A stretch of DNA of 63,885 nt, filler included, from an uncultured bacterium (lineage in GTDB: Bacteria; Latescibacterota; UBA2968): NCBI GenBank assembly GCA_964471275.1. It is 5 parts of 5 records of this genome, joined end to end, with 100 filler letters (N's around TTAATTAATTAA, not from the genome) between each part and the next. Parts side by side here need not be neighbours in the genome. Positions count along the whole stretch, not along the records: positions 27,067 to 40,477 come from CAYYGZ010000130.1; positions 40,578 to 53,755 come from CAYYGZ010000132.1; 3 more parts are not named here. One strand, given 5' to 3'. The first letter of the stretch is position 1; each line of letters starts with the position of its first letter. The notes beneath the pieces were generated by a model. The model was not told the origin of the DNA. It made no database searches and was given only the letters and a program-made list of their open reading frames with translations. The position numbers were made by a program, and so were the translations under genes. Below are positions 37,778 to 48,048 of the stretch, in pieces.

Positions 37778-38904
37778 TGCTCTTTCCTCCCGATTCCTCC
37801 CCGAAGCCCATCCAACAGTTCGGGCGAGGATACAAGGGTTGCATTCGAGAAGAGCAAGTATCCGTTCAGACGGGCTTTCTTTACGTGGTTTATCTGATCG
37901 AATGTATCGGTGGCCTGCTGATTCCAAGCTCCCAACCCCGCGTAGATACGCCCCTTCTGTACATACTTTCGGACTGTTCTCATCTTCTGAAAGATCTCGT
38001 CTGTTGTCCCGGTGTAGAACATGGGCACGACAAAATCAAGATAGCGCCGGTTCATCCAGTGAACCCAGTTCTGACCATATCGAACAAAGGCCATACGGAT
38101 GTCAGGCTTCACGGCCGCAGACAGCTGAACACCGCGGCCCTCGAGAAGCTGTTTCACTGATCGGACAAACCGCGTAATCTGTTCACTGCGCCATCGATTC
38201 CACGCTGCGTGCCCCTCGGATGGGCCCTCGTCGCTCGGCGGCTCGAGATTCGCCTCTGCCCAGAAACCTGCCTGGGCGAGAGGGCTGTAGTCATAGTGTT
38301 CATTGGGATACCTGGCATAGTCCAGATGGATGCCGTCCACCGGGTAGTGGTCCACGATTTCCTGGATGACCTCTAGCAGATGCCGGGATACCGCCGGATG
38401 CGCCGGTGAAACGTATCTTCCCTCAACCCCCCGGCCAACCAGATCAACCGTCAGGTCGCGCTGCCCCATATCTACCCCGTCATGCGATATCATGAACCAA
38501 TCGGGATGTGACTTCAGAACGTGTGCAGACGGAGGCACACGATCTGGATACCACGTGAGATAGACATTCACCCAGGCGTGGACCTCGAGGCCGGCTTCGC
38601 CCGCCAGCTCGATACAGGCCGCCAGTGGATCGAATTCTTCCTCTATGCCCTCACCCGGTGGCACAATTGAGCTCCTGTAGTAGGCGTCACCACGGCCTCT
38701 GACCTGGACAAACAGAGCGTTCAATCCGACGCTACGGGCGCGATCCACGATCGCGGCAACACGGTCGCGGGAAGTTACCTCGTGACGAACGACCCAAACC
38801 GCACGCGTATCATCACCGTCGACGGGTGAGATGAGAAGAAAGAAAAAAGGCAGCCAGGCAATTAAGCCCGGCTGCCTCTTCTTGTTCGTTAGGCGAGGAG
38901 TCAA
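37774..38904 (-). CDS. Glycoside hydrolase-like family 10 (DUF187/YddW-like) exported protein
   Basis: RAVWV, FVQVRGRGDAYYRS, FDPL, EVHAW, VDGIHLDY.RYP, QNW..W. Confidence 0.88.
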   Translation of the reverse strand: MTPRLTNKKRQPGLIAWLPFFFLLISPVDGDDTRAVWVVRHEVTSRDRVAAIVDRARSVGLNALFVQVRGRGDAYYRSSIVPPGEGIEEEFDPLAACIELAGEAGLEVHAWVNVYLTWYPDRVPPSAHVLKSHPDWFMISHDGVDMGQRDLTVDLVGRGVEGRYVSPAHPAVSRHLLEVIQEIVDHYPVDGIHLDYARYPNEHYDYSPLAQAGFWAEANLEPPSDEGPSEGHAAWNRWRSEQITRFVRSVKQLLEGRGVQLSAAVKPDIRMAFVRYGQNWVHWMNRRYLDFVVPMFYTGTTDEIFQKMRTVRKYVQKGRIYAGLGAWNQQATDTFDQINHVKKARLNGYLLFSNATLVSSPELLDGLRGGIGRKEH

Positions 38905-39482
38905 TTCTTGGTTTCCTCATCCCCATCAGGGGCAACTTCTTCCTCCTCAGCAGCTTCCGGTTCCTCCTTTTCTCCGCCATCGTCGGTCGCCGTATCATCC
39001 GCCTCCGCAGAATCGGCAGCAGATGCTTCGGGTGTCTCGGGGGCGTCACCCGCTTCCGTGACCTCCGGCTTTGTGGAAGGAGCGGGAGCGCCAGCGGAAA
39101 CAGTGTCAGCGAATTCGGACCGAAGTTCACTGCCCACCAGTTCGATCACACAGATCTCCGTAGCATCGCCTCTCCGGGGCCCCAGACTCAAGACACGTGT
39201 ATACCCACCCTTACGCTCGGCAAAGGTCGGCGCAATCTCGTCAAAGAGCTTCGCGACTACGACCTTATTTCGGATCCGCCGCAAGACCTGACGGCGCGCG
39301 TGCAGATCGCCCCGCTTGGCGAATGTGATCAGTCTCTCCGCGACTCCCCTCAGCTCTTTTGCCTTGGGTTTCGTCGTCCGGATCATGCCGTGCATGAACA
39401 ACGAAGTTGCCATGTTGTTCATCGTCGCACGCTTGTGGCTTGCTGTCCGGCCAAGCTTGCGGCCTCTCTTACCGTGCCTCAT
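38901..39482 (-). CDS. rplQ: 50S ribosomal protein L17 with acidic C-terminal extension
   Basis: MRHGKRGRKLGRTASH, TTKPKAKELR, RKGGYTR, RRGD; ~75-aa E/D/A/P tail. Confidence 0.97.
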   Translation of the reverse strand: MRHGKRGRKLGRTASHKRATMNNMATSLFMHGMIRTTKPKAKELRGVAERLITFAKRGDLHARRQVLRRIRNKVVVAKLFDEIAPTFAERKGGYTRVLSLGPRRGDATEICVIELVGSELRSEFADTVSAGAPAPSTKPEVTEAGDAPETPEASAADSAEADDTATDDGGEKEEPEAAEEEEVAPDGDEETKN

Positions 39483-39506
39483 CGCGTTGCCTATCCCCTC
39501 GAATAG

Positions 39507-40477
39507 CTAAAAGTCTTCGTCGACCAAAGCAACAGCTTCAGTCTTCGGAGCAATATCCTGAAATTTGCTGATTTCCATCCCAAATGCCAGCCCGAGACCC
39601 TCGAGAATGGCGTTGAGTTCGTTCAACGACTTACGGCCGAAATTCCGGAATTTCAGCATCTCGGATTCCGGCCTTACGACGAGATCCTCGAGCGTCACGA
39701 TATCCGCTGCCTTGAGGCAGTTTGCGGAGCGTACAGAGAGTTCCAACTCTTCAACGGGCATCGCAAGCAGTTGAGCAATGCGCTGAGTCGCTTCGTCGAT
39801 GACCGGTTCCGCCAGCTCCTCGGGCTCTTCGTCGAAATTGATGAACAGTTCCAGATGATCCTTCAGCGTCTTTGAGGCGTGGGCCACGGCGTCATCCGGT
39901 CGGACAACCCCGTTGGTCCACACGTCAAGTGTTAGCTTGTCGTAATCCGTCTGCTGGCCGACACGTGCGTTGTCCACCTCGTAATGGATCTTGCGAACAG
40001 GCGAAAAGGCAGCATCCAAAACGATCGTGCCCATTGGTTGCTCGGCCGTCTTGTTGCTCTCGCTGAGCACATAACCGCGACCGATTCCGATCGTGATCTC
40101 CATATCCAGCACACCGTCACGATCAAGCGCTGCGATATGCTGCTCGGGATTCATCACCTCGATCTGAGCATCGACCTGGAGGTCAGACGCTTTCAGTTCG
40201 CCTTCCCGATCCTTTTTGACATGGATGACTTTCTCGTCTCCCTCCAGCAACCTGATATTCACTTCCTTCAGGTTGAGGATGACTTCCGTCACGTCCTCGA
40301 CTACACCCTCCAGTGTGGAAAATTCGTGCTGGACGCCTTCAATCTTGACAGCCTTGATCGCAGCACCCTGGATCGACGAAAGCAAAACACGGCGAAGCGC
40401 GTTTCCGACCGTCGTTCCGAAGCCCCGCTCAAGTGGCTGAACGGTGAACCTGCCGTAGCTGTCCGTCAGCGTATCTT
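39507..40477 (-). CDS. rpoA: RNA polymerase alpha subunit (5' cut by contig edge)
   Basis: PLERGFGTTVGNALRRVLLSSI, HEFST, VEDVTEVILNLK, ELSVRSANCL, NFGRKSL. Confidence 0.98.
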
Positions 40478-40577
40478 NNNNNNNNNNNNNNNNNNNNNNN
40501 NNNNNNNNNNNNNNNNNNNNNTTAATTAATTAANNNNNNNNNNNNNNNNNNNNNNNNNNNNNNNNNNNNNNNNNNNN
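40478..40577. other. Artificial contig spacer
   Basis: N44-TTAATTAATTAA-N44. Confidence 0.99.
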
Positions 40578-40691
40578 GGTACGAATCGCGATATCCTGCT
40601 GAGTGCCAACCTCGGGAGATGGCACATTTCCGAGTATCGTACAGACTCGATTGGCGCGCCTCTCCACTATCCCAGGTTGTCGTAGCACTCC

Positions 40692-41693
40692 GTGGATTCC
40701 GATAGGATTGACTCCTTTGCCCGACAGCTTCCGAAGTGTGAGTTGCACCTGCACTTCGAGGGCGCTGTCCCGATGAAACTCGTCCGTCTCTGGTCTGAGG
40801 CGCCTGTTCCCGAGATTCCTGAGTGGCTCGATCATGCTTACAGCTATCCCTCCTTTTCCGATTTCGGGAAGGTGATGCATCTGACGTGGCGAGGGCCGTG
40901 CAACTCGCTCGAGCGACTCGACCAGGCCTCCTCGCTGATTTACAGTAGCCTTCATGCTCAGAATGTGCGGTATCTCGAGATGTCGATCGGGATCGGGGCG
41001 TATCCTTATCCGGTTCACGAGACACTTGATGCGTTCAGATCGAATATACCGGATGGGATGACCGTTCGGATCATCGGGGGGCTGTCTCGTGATCGGAACC
41101 TCGAGGTCATCCATCCTGCGGGCCTGGCTTATATCCGAGCCGAGGGTCTTGACGGCGTTGATCTGCATGGGCTTGAATCGGTTGGTGATCCGTCGGCATT
41201 CCGGGATCTCTACGACATCGCTCGATCACGCGGCCTGATCCTGAAGGCACACGCGGGGGAATTTGGCGGCCCCGAGTCGGTCGAGGAGGTTCTGGACAAG
41301 CTCGGCGTGGACCGGATTCAGCACGGTGTCCGCGGGATAGAATCGGATCGACTCGTGCAGAGATATGTTGAAGATTCGATCACGCTTGATCTCTGTCCCT
41401 GGTCAAACGTGAAGCTGGGTGTGTATGGTAGCCTCGAGGATCACCCGGTTGGTCGTCTCCATCGCGCGGGTGTACGTGTTACCGTCAGCACAGATGATCC
41501 CACCCCATTTGGCCAAACGATCTCCGAGGAATATGCGTGGCTGATCACAAAGTGTGGGCTGACCGTGCGAGAAGCTGCCGACATCGCCCGAAACGGTTTT
41601 GAGGTGGCCCGGATATCCGCAGCAGAACGAGATCGAGCAGTAGTCGAGATCGAGGCGCTGGTCGAGGAGTATGGGGACGAGCGGCGTGGGTAG
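40692..41693 (+). CDS. Adenosine/adenine deaminase family
   Basis: PKCELHLHFEG, AHAGE, RIQHG, CPWSN, STDDP. Confidence 0.92.
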   Translation: MDSDRIDSFARQLPKCELHLHFEGAVPMKLVRLWSEAPVPEIPEWLDHAYSYPSFSDFGKVMHLTWRGPCNSLERLDQASSLIYSSLHAQNVRYLEMSIGIGAYPYPVHETLDAFRSNIPDGMTVRIIGGLSRDRNLEVIHPAGLAYIRAEGLDGVDLHGLESVGDPSAFRDLYDIARSRGLILKAHAGEFGGPESVEEVLDKLGVDRIQHGVRGIESDRLVQRYVEDSITLDLCPWSNVKLGVYGSLEDHPVGRLHRAGVRVTVSTDDPTPFGQTISEEYAWLITKCGLTVREAADIARNGFEVARISAAERDRAVVEIEALVEEYGDERRG

Positions 41694-42789
41694 TGTGGAC
41701 ACGCAGCGCTTGGGCCGGATCGGCACGTTGCTGAACCGTGAGGTCGAAGAAGGTCGGCTGATGGGTGCGGCGGTGCAGGTCAGTATCGGGGGAGAGACAA
41801 CCGAGCCCATCGTTGTGGGTAGGCGACATCTGGCAGACGAGACGCTCCCGGTGACTGACGATACGATCTTTCTGGTCGCGTCCATCACCAAGCCCATCGT
41901 GTCTGCAGCGGTGGTGAAGCTTGTGGAAGAGGGGAGCCTGGTCCTCGATGATCCTGTGGCTCGTTACGTGCCTGAATTCGCGGCGAACGGCAAGGAGGGT
42001 GTCGAGGTCCGACATCTTCTGACGCACACTTCAGGCCTCCCGGATCAGATACCCGAGAATCGACACTACCGGGAAGCAAAGCGACCCCTACGCGATTTTG
42101 TAATCCGAATCTGCGAACTGCCCCTTTCCTTCACGCCTGGAACGCAGATCTCATACCAATCGAGTGGGATCGCGATGCTCGGTGAGATCTGCGAGCGAAT
42201 CGCAGGCATTCCCCTGGCTGAGTATCTGGATCGGTTCCTCTTGGGTCCGCTTGGTCTCGACGACACGGCGCTGCGAATGCCGGTGAGGTCCGAACGGGAG
42301 TCCGATGTGAAAATAGCGGGAGAAGGGCTGGCGCACGGCGGATCTGGGACAGATTTCGATTGGAATTCAGACTACTGGCGAGGGTTCGGAGCACCGTGGG
42401 GTGGGATGCTGACCACCGTGAGGGAGATGACGCAATTGCTACAGGTCTTCCGAAACCGAGGTGAACTGGACGGTACCCGGGTGCTGGGCGAGAGAGCGGC
42501 TGCGATGATGGTTGAGGATCATTCCTCGCGTCTTCCGGGAATGACGGACATCGGACAGAAACGGCAGAGATGGGGTTTGGGCTGGCGGCTCAGTGGTCCG
42601 AATTCTGACGTGTTTGGTGATCTGGTATCGGATGACACATTCGGTCACGGAGGTGCCACAGGGACATTGGCATGGGTGGACCCGGCAAGTGATATGACGT
42701 GCGCAATCTTGACGAATGACCCGGAGGCGGCAAAGGGTCTGCGCGGACGGATTTCGAATCTGGCTGCGTCGTCTGTTATCCCGCAGTAG
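41671..42789 (+). CDS. Serine hydrolase, beta-lactamase family
   Basis: FLVASITK (SxxK), HLLTHTSGL, SYQS, FGHGGATG. Confidence 0.92.
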   Translation: MGTSGVGSVDTQRLGRIGTLLNREVEEGRLMGAAVQVSIGGETTEPIVVGRRHLADETLPVTDDTIFLVASITKPIVSAAVVKLVEEGSLVLDDPVARYVPEFAANGKEGVEVRHLLTHTSGLPDQIPENRHYREAKRPLRDFVIRICELPLSFTPGTQISYQSSGIAMLGEICERIAGIPLAEYLDRFLLGPLGLDDTALRMPVRSERESDVKIAGEGLAHGGSGTDFDWNSDYWRGFGAPWGGMLTTVREMTQLLQVFRNRGELDGTRVLGERAAAMMVEDHSSRLPGMTDIGQKRQRWGLGWRLSGPNSDVFGDLVSDDTFGHGGATGTLAWVDPASDMTCAILTNDPEAAKGLRGRISNLAASSVIPQ

Positions 42790-42904
42790 GTGCGCAGATT
42801 CACGCTGCGCGTGTGCACGATCACGATTCCCTTCATCGTGCCGTAAATACGTCCTTGTCCCACTGCCTTGGAGAATCACCCAACAATCCAAACGGATACC
42901 AAAC

Positions 42905-42933
42905 CGCCCCTTTGACGCAAGGTCAAAGGGGCG
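42905..42933. terminator. Terminator hairpin downstream of prs
   Basis: CGCCCCTTTGAC-gcaag-GTCAAAGGGGCG, perfect 12-bp stem. Confidence 0.75.
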
Positions 42934-42974
42934 TAGTCTGTGTGCCACACCGGTGACGGCTGCAGCCGGGAGGG

Positions 42975-43949
42975 TTAGCCTTCGACCTTGGCGTTGGCGA
43001 AAAGGTTGCTGACCGACTCGTCGTTGTTGATCCGGCGAATGGCCTCACCGAGGATCGGTGCGATCGAGAGAGTCTTGATCTTACCGTTCTGGTGATTGGT
43101 CGGTACCGGGATCGAGTTCGATACGAGAAGTTCGCTCAATACCGAATTTTCAACGCGCGCGATGGCGGGGTCAGCCAACACGGGATGGACGATGCACGCC
43201 GAGATGTCGAGTGCACCGCGCTCCTTCAGGGTGGCTGCCGCTTCAACCAACGATCCTCCGGTGCTGATGAGATCGTCGACTATAACGACATTCTTGTCCT
43301 CAACCTCACCAATCAGATTCATCACTTCGGTATCCGCCCCGCTGCTGCGGCGCTTGTCCACGACGGCGAGTCCCGCACCCAGAAGCTCCGCATACGCGCG
43401 GGCCATCTTGATGTTGCCGACGTCTGGCGAGACAACAACAAGATCCTCAATCCGCTTCGAAAGTAGATAGTCGGTGAAGATGTTGATTGAATACAGGTGA
43501 TCGAAAGGGATATCGAAGAAGCCCTGGATCTGGTTCGAGTGGAGGTCGAGTGCCAGGGCACGTCGTGCACCTGCCGTGTAGAGCATGTTGGCGACGAGTT
43601 TCGCCGTGATCGGCACGCGCGGACGATCCTTGCGATCCTGGCGCGCGTAGCCGTAGTAGGGGAGGACAGCCGTGATGCGCCGCGCCGAAGCCCTCCGGGC
43701 CGCGTCGATCAGGATCAGGCATTCCATGAGCGCGTCATTGGGGCTCAGTCCGAGTTCTACATTTTCGCAGACAGACTGGATGATGTAGACGTCCGAGCCG
43801 CGGACGTTTTCCTCGATCTGGACGTGTGTTTCGCCGCCCGGGAAGGATTGTACATTCGCCCGGCCTAGATGGGTGTCCAGGTGTGTGCAAATGTCTTCGG
43901 CGAGTGATCTGTTGGTGTTGCCGGTGAGAATTTTAAGGTCGTAACTCAC
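42975..43949 (-). CDS. prs: Ribose-phosphate pyrophosphokinase
   Basis: ENVRG, PYYGYARQDRK, DLHSNQIQGFF, VSPDVG, DKRR, VDDLISTGGS. Confidence 0.97.
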   Translation of the reverse strand: MSYDLKILTGNTNRSLAEDICTHLDTHLGRANVQSFPGGETHVQIEENVRGSDVYIIQSVCENVELGLSPNDALMECLILIDAARRASARRITAVLPYYGYARQDRKDRPRVPITAKLVANMLYTAGARRALALDLHSNQIQGFFDIPFDHLYSINIFTDYLLSKRIEDLVVVSPDVGNIKMARAYAELLGAGLAVVDKRRSSGADTEVMNLIGEVEDKNVVIVDDLISTGGSLVEAAATLKERGALDISACIVHPVLADPAIARVENSVLSELLVSNSIPVPTNHQNGKIKTLSIAPILGEAIRRINNDESVSNLFANAKVEG

Positions 43950-44114
43950 GGACGCTCCCTCCTGAGGGGGCAGATGAATTCGGTTTGGGGGAGCGGATCG
44001 TGCTGCTGGAATGGGGAATATATGGGAAATGTGAAGATGTGGAAATATGAAGATTCACGGTTGCCATCCGGCCCGGGACTGCTCAGGTCGGGTCGCAGTC
44101 CCCGTCGTCACCTA

Positions 44115-45056
44115 CTACGGGAACAGTACGCTGATGCTCTCCCGGTTGTGAATGCTTTTGATTGCCTCACCAAACAGGGGGGTGACGGACACGATCTCGA
44201 TCTTGTCGGCAAACTCAACCGGCTGTGTTTCGATCGAATCCGTGACGATGAGCCTGCTGATCGGACTTTCGGCGATCTTGCCCATGGAATCCGTGGAGAA
44301 GGCGCCGTGCGAGATGGCGACAAGAATGTCTCGAGCGCCTCGTTCTTTCAGCTTGTATGCGATGTCGACCAGGGTTCCGCCAGAGATGGTGAAATCGTCG
44401 ACGACGAGAGCCGTCTTGCCTTCGACATCACCGATGATTTCGAGCACTTCAGCTTTCTCGTCGTGGGTCACACGTTCCTTGTCCCCGATCTCCAGGTTGG
44501 TTCCCAGGAATGAAGCGTATTTCCGGGCCTGTTTCGCGAAATCCGTGTCTGGCGAGACGACGATGAGATCGTCGATATTCTTCCGCTGAATCGCCTCGCA
44601 CAAGACGGGTAACGCGTAGAGATCGTTGACAGGGATGCGGAAGAATCCCTGAATCTGGGCTGCGTGGAGGTCCATCGTTACAACGCGGTCGGCGCCTGCT
44701 GCCTCGATAGCGTCGGCACAGACGCGAGCCCGGATCGAAACACGTGGCTCGTCCTTTTTGTCACCCTTTGCATAGCTGAAGTAGGGCATCACGACAGTCA
44801 CGGTTTGCGCGCTCGATCGTTTGAAGGCGTCGATTCAGAAGAGCATCTTCATGAAGCTGTCATTGGCAGGATAGGCGGTCGACTGAATCAGATAGACGTG
44901 TCGGCCGCGAACATTCTCGAGGATCCGGACGAAGAGGTTCCCCTCTGAGAATTTCATCGTTTCACTCTTGCCGACGGGAATACCGAGATAGCTGCAGGTA
45001 TTCGTCGTTAGCCTGGGACTTCCCGAACCGCCAAAGACCAGCATGTCGTTGCTCAT
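44115..45056 (-). pseudogene. prs: Second ribose-phosphate pyrophosphokinase with in-frame TGA
   Basis: ORFs 44835-45056 and 44115-44801 share a frame: KMLF*IDAFKR (TGA 44835-44837). PYFSYAKGDKK, DLHAAQIQGFF, VDDFTISGGT; SPDTD where SPDxG is expected. Confidence 0.9.
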
Positions 45057-45131
45057 GACCCACCCCTCCGGTTGAGAAACTGGATGAACATCTCTCGCAG
45101 ATCAATGAATCTGGAACTAGAGATCAACCTT

Positions 45132-45545
45132 CTAGATGAACGTGAGTGATTCTCCCTCAATTCTGCGGTAGTAGCAACCGTGTCTTGCCACATCATCCTC
45201 CCCTTTAGTGTGACAGGCCCCCCGCCCCTTCAGTGTCACCCTGTNNNNNNNNNNGAGCAGAGAGTTCTGCTCGCAGTTCACTCGCACATCGATTACTTCC
45301 AGGTAGTTTCCAGATGTCCCGCCCTTGGTCCACAGTTCGTTTCGGGAAGTGCTCCAGAAGGTTGCCATCTTCTTCTCGAGCGTGATCTTAAGGGCCAGTT
45401 GATTTGCGTATCCCACGAGAAGAACGTCACCCGTTTCGGCATCCTGTACAGCCACCGGCAGGACATCCTCCTCACACCGGGCGACTTGCTTAAGTTTTGT
45501 GAAGTCGAGCTGTATGTCTGTTCCTTCTTCGAGTTCTTCTGACAA
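45132..45545 (-). CDS. hisI: Phosphoribosyl-AMP cyclohydrolase (contains a 10-N gap)
   Basis: PVAVQD..TG.VL..GYAN, FWSTSRNELWTKGGTSG, NCEQNSL, GACHT, CYYR; TTG 45545 after GGAGGAG. Confidence 0.9.
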   Translation of the reverse strand: MSEELEEGTDIQLDFTKLKQVARCEEDVLPVAVQDAETGDVLLVGYANQLALKITLEKKMATFWSTSRNELWTKGGTSGNYLEVIDVRVNCEQNSLLXXXXRVTLKGRGACHTKGEDDVARHGCYYRRIEGESLTFI

Positions 45546-45574
45546 GTCTCCTCCTCTCAATAGATGGGGTTCTG

Positions 45575-46915
45575 TCAGGTTTCTTTGGGAAACAGCGGCG
45601 CAGATTGCGTGATCTTACTGGGCAGACTGTCCCCGTGGCAGAATCGTGATTGGATCACTGTGGCCGTGTCGGGCAGGAATGGTGAGATCTTTCCGGAGAC
45701 CGCGACGAGTTCCTGAATCCAGCGGGTAATGATCCGCGTGGATCTTTCGGTCTTCCCGTTTTCAAGGTATTCCCGCGGTCGTTTTTCCTCAATATCTCTG
45801 TTGAGCTCCCGAACGGTCTCCCGCAACTGGTCGATTGTGATGTGGAATCTGCGCTTTTCGAGACCCTCCGCAACGATTTGGGCGTCAGCCTGACGTACAC
45901 GGTTCTGATCTGCACGTGCCGCCAGCGCTTCGAATCTAGAAACGAGATTCCCAAGACTGTCTGCGAGGTCATTTCGGTAGACCTCCACAAGGCGGGTGTG
46001 CGGGAAGTCGCTGTCCAACCCCGTGGGCACATAGCGTAGCAGGTAGTAGCGGAGGGCGTCCGAGCCGAATCGCTCGATGAGCGGGATCAGGTCCACGGCA
46101 TTGCCGAGTGACTTGCTGATCTTCTGGCCATCCACAGTGAGGAATCCGTGTAAGTGCAGGTCTGTGGGTAACCGCAGACCCGCCGCGGACAGCATGCCGG
46201 GCCAATACAGAGCGTGAAACTTCAGCACGGCCTTCACGATGGCGTGGATGATGCGGTCTGCTTGTGACCAGAATCTGTCAAACTGATCTGAGTTCTGGCC
46301 ATAACCCGCTCCGTCAAGGTAGTTGGTCAGGGCATCAAACCAGACATAGAGCGTCTGTGTCGCATCGCCAGGAACGCGGACTCCCCCGCCGTCTGATCTC
46401 TCGATGCTGCGTGATATGCTGAAGTCTCTCAAACCACGATCGATGAACGCAAGGGCTTCATTTTGCCGAGACGACGGGCCGATCTGGTAAACTGATGAGA
46501 CCAGCTCGTGTCGGACAAGGTTCTGGAATGCTGAAAGCCTGAAGAAGTAGTTTTTCTCTTCGACATCTTGAGGCCCAGCCAGGTGGAAGGGACACTTGCC
46601 GCCGACCAGATCCTTGGCGAGAAGGAAATCCTCGCAACCGACACAGTATTTCCCGGTGTACTGTTTGCTCTCGATACGCTCTGAACACGATTCTCAGAAT
46701 GTCTGCGCACATCGATGATATGACTGCGAGGATGTAGGCGTGAAGACGTCGGTCGAGATGTGCAATATACCCAGGAGCCTTCGGTAAATCTCGGCATTCC
46801 TGTCACAAAGTTTACGTGGAGTGAGTCCCTGCTCTCTTGCGACGATCACGTTCTTGATGGCGTTCTCGTCCGTTCCGGACAGGAACAGTGTTTCGTCGTC
46901 CTTCTGTCGATGCAC
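45575..46915 (-). pseudogene. metG: Methionyl-tRNA synthetase remnant (N-terminus with HIGH motif deleted, in-frame TGA)
   Basis: One frame: FLSGTDEN, QTF*(46694-46696), YCVGCE..CPFH, EEKNYFFRLS, FSISR, YVWFDALTNY, KFHALYWP, KISKSLGN, DALRYYL, PFLP. Confidence 0.9.
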
Positions 46916-47882
46916 AGGCCGCGTGCATGTCTGTCATCGTGAAGTCCCTTACGCGCTTCAGCCCGCTCACTTCACCTTCCTGCTCGTTTTGGAAGCAGCT
47001 GGCCTCCTCGTAAACCTTCTGAGAAGTTTGTTTGTATGAGAAACGCACGTTCTGCATGAACGTGAGTCCCAGTGGATCCGATGCGTATCGGAGATAGCAG
47101 ATACCTCGACCGCCGTCCACGAGGTAGTCCCGTTCGTGGAATTCCCCCATCAGCTCACAAACCGTGTTATTGTCGCCGCGTATCAGCACACCTTTGGGAT
47201 ACCACTTGTAATGAATCTTCTCTGAGGCGTCGCAGTAGTCGAGCAACTCGTGACGCCGCATCAGATCTACTTGGCGCGGTGCCTCACCCTCATCTTCGCG
47301 ACCCCGAAGCTCGTTGGATACGAACTGACGCAGCAGCTTGCTCCTGGAGACGGCTGGACAGTTCTCAAAATCATCCGCACCGACTTCCTACGATTCTCCT
47401 GACGCGTCCACGATGACATAGCGAACGAACCCGCTGCCCTTTCGGTCGTCTTTCTCAGCTTCCGTATCCTCAGACGCATCATATCGAGCAATCCACTCGG
47501 ATAGAGGGTGACCCAGGCTTGATAATTCGAAGCCCTTGTACCAGCCGAAAGGCACTCGCAAGATCTTGAGACCATCAGAGAAACCTTCAGCAATCTGGTC
47601 AAGGATGCGCTTGGCTGTCGGGATAGGCGCCGGACTCTCCGTCAGACGGACGTAGGGGTAGATAACGATGGTGGCGACACCGAGCTGACGCGCACGATCG
47701 GTGATGTCGGTCGTTGCACGTGTTGCTAGGATGACGGTGTCTCCGTCCTCGATAGCGGTGAAGATAACCAAACAGTTCGAATCGATTCGAAGTGCACGGT
47801 TTTCGGCAGAAAGTGGATCGGCAGCTGTTTCCGCCTGCTTCCTCCTGTGTGAAAGACCGGATGACCGATCTGGTCGAGACAC
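46916..47882 (-). pseudogene. thrS: Archaeal-type threonyl-tRNA synthetase remnant (editing domain + part of catalytic domain)
   Basis: IYPYVRL, RVPFGWYKGF...GHPLSEW (archaeal Thr editing domain), in-frame TAG 47388-47390, then LMRRHELLDY, KWYPKG, LRYA, NEQEGEVSGLKRVRDFTMTDMH; truncated at the metG junction. Confidence 0.85.
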
Positions 47883-47899
47883 TCTCGCTTACGGTCACC

Positions 47900-47938
47900 C
47901 AGAACAGAAAGCCCCCAACCGATAGCCGGTTGGGGGCT
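47900..47938 (-). terminator. Terminator/attenuator hairpin upstream of thrS remnant
   Basis: AGCCCCCAACCG-gctat-CGGTTGGGGGCT (12-bp perfect) followed by TTCTGTTCT on the minus strand. Confidence 0.8.
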
Positions 47939-47964
47939 GATTCAATTTCTGAGTGCGATCTGCT

Positions 47965-48048
47965 CTAGAGTGAGTTGCGCACCTCTCCCGATTCCCGGCG
48001 AATGTATGACGTGGTGGTCATACTGGTATGGTGGGTGTGTGTATGCAT
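47965..48048 (-). CDS. Putative attenuator leader peptide (Thr/His/Met-rich)
   Basis: MHTHTHHTSMTTTSYIRRESGEVRNSL*; 6 Thr, 4 His and 2 Met in the first 13 codons; stop ~26 nt before the terminator stem. No clear SD. Confidence 0.6.
   Translation of the reverse strand: MHTHTHHTSMTTTSYIRRESGEVRNSL

Noticed and set aside
44835..46696. TGA at likely Trp positions in prs2 and metG, suggesting TGA=Trp recoding
   Set aside because: TGA terminates many intact genes here, the same ORFs use TGG for other Trp residues, and they carry further lesions (TAG, deletions, motif decay). Simple G-to-A mutation explains it.
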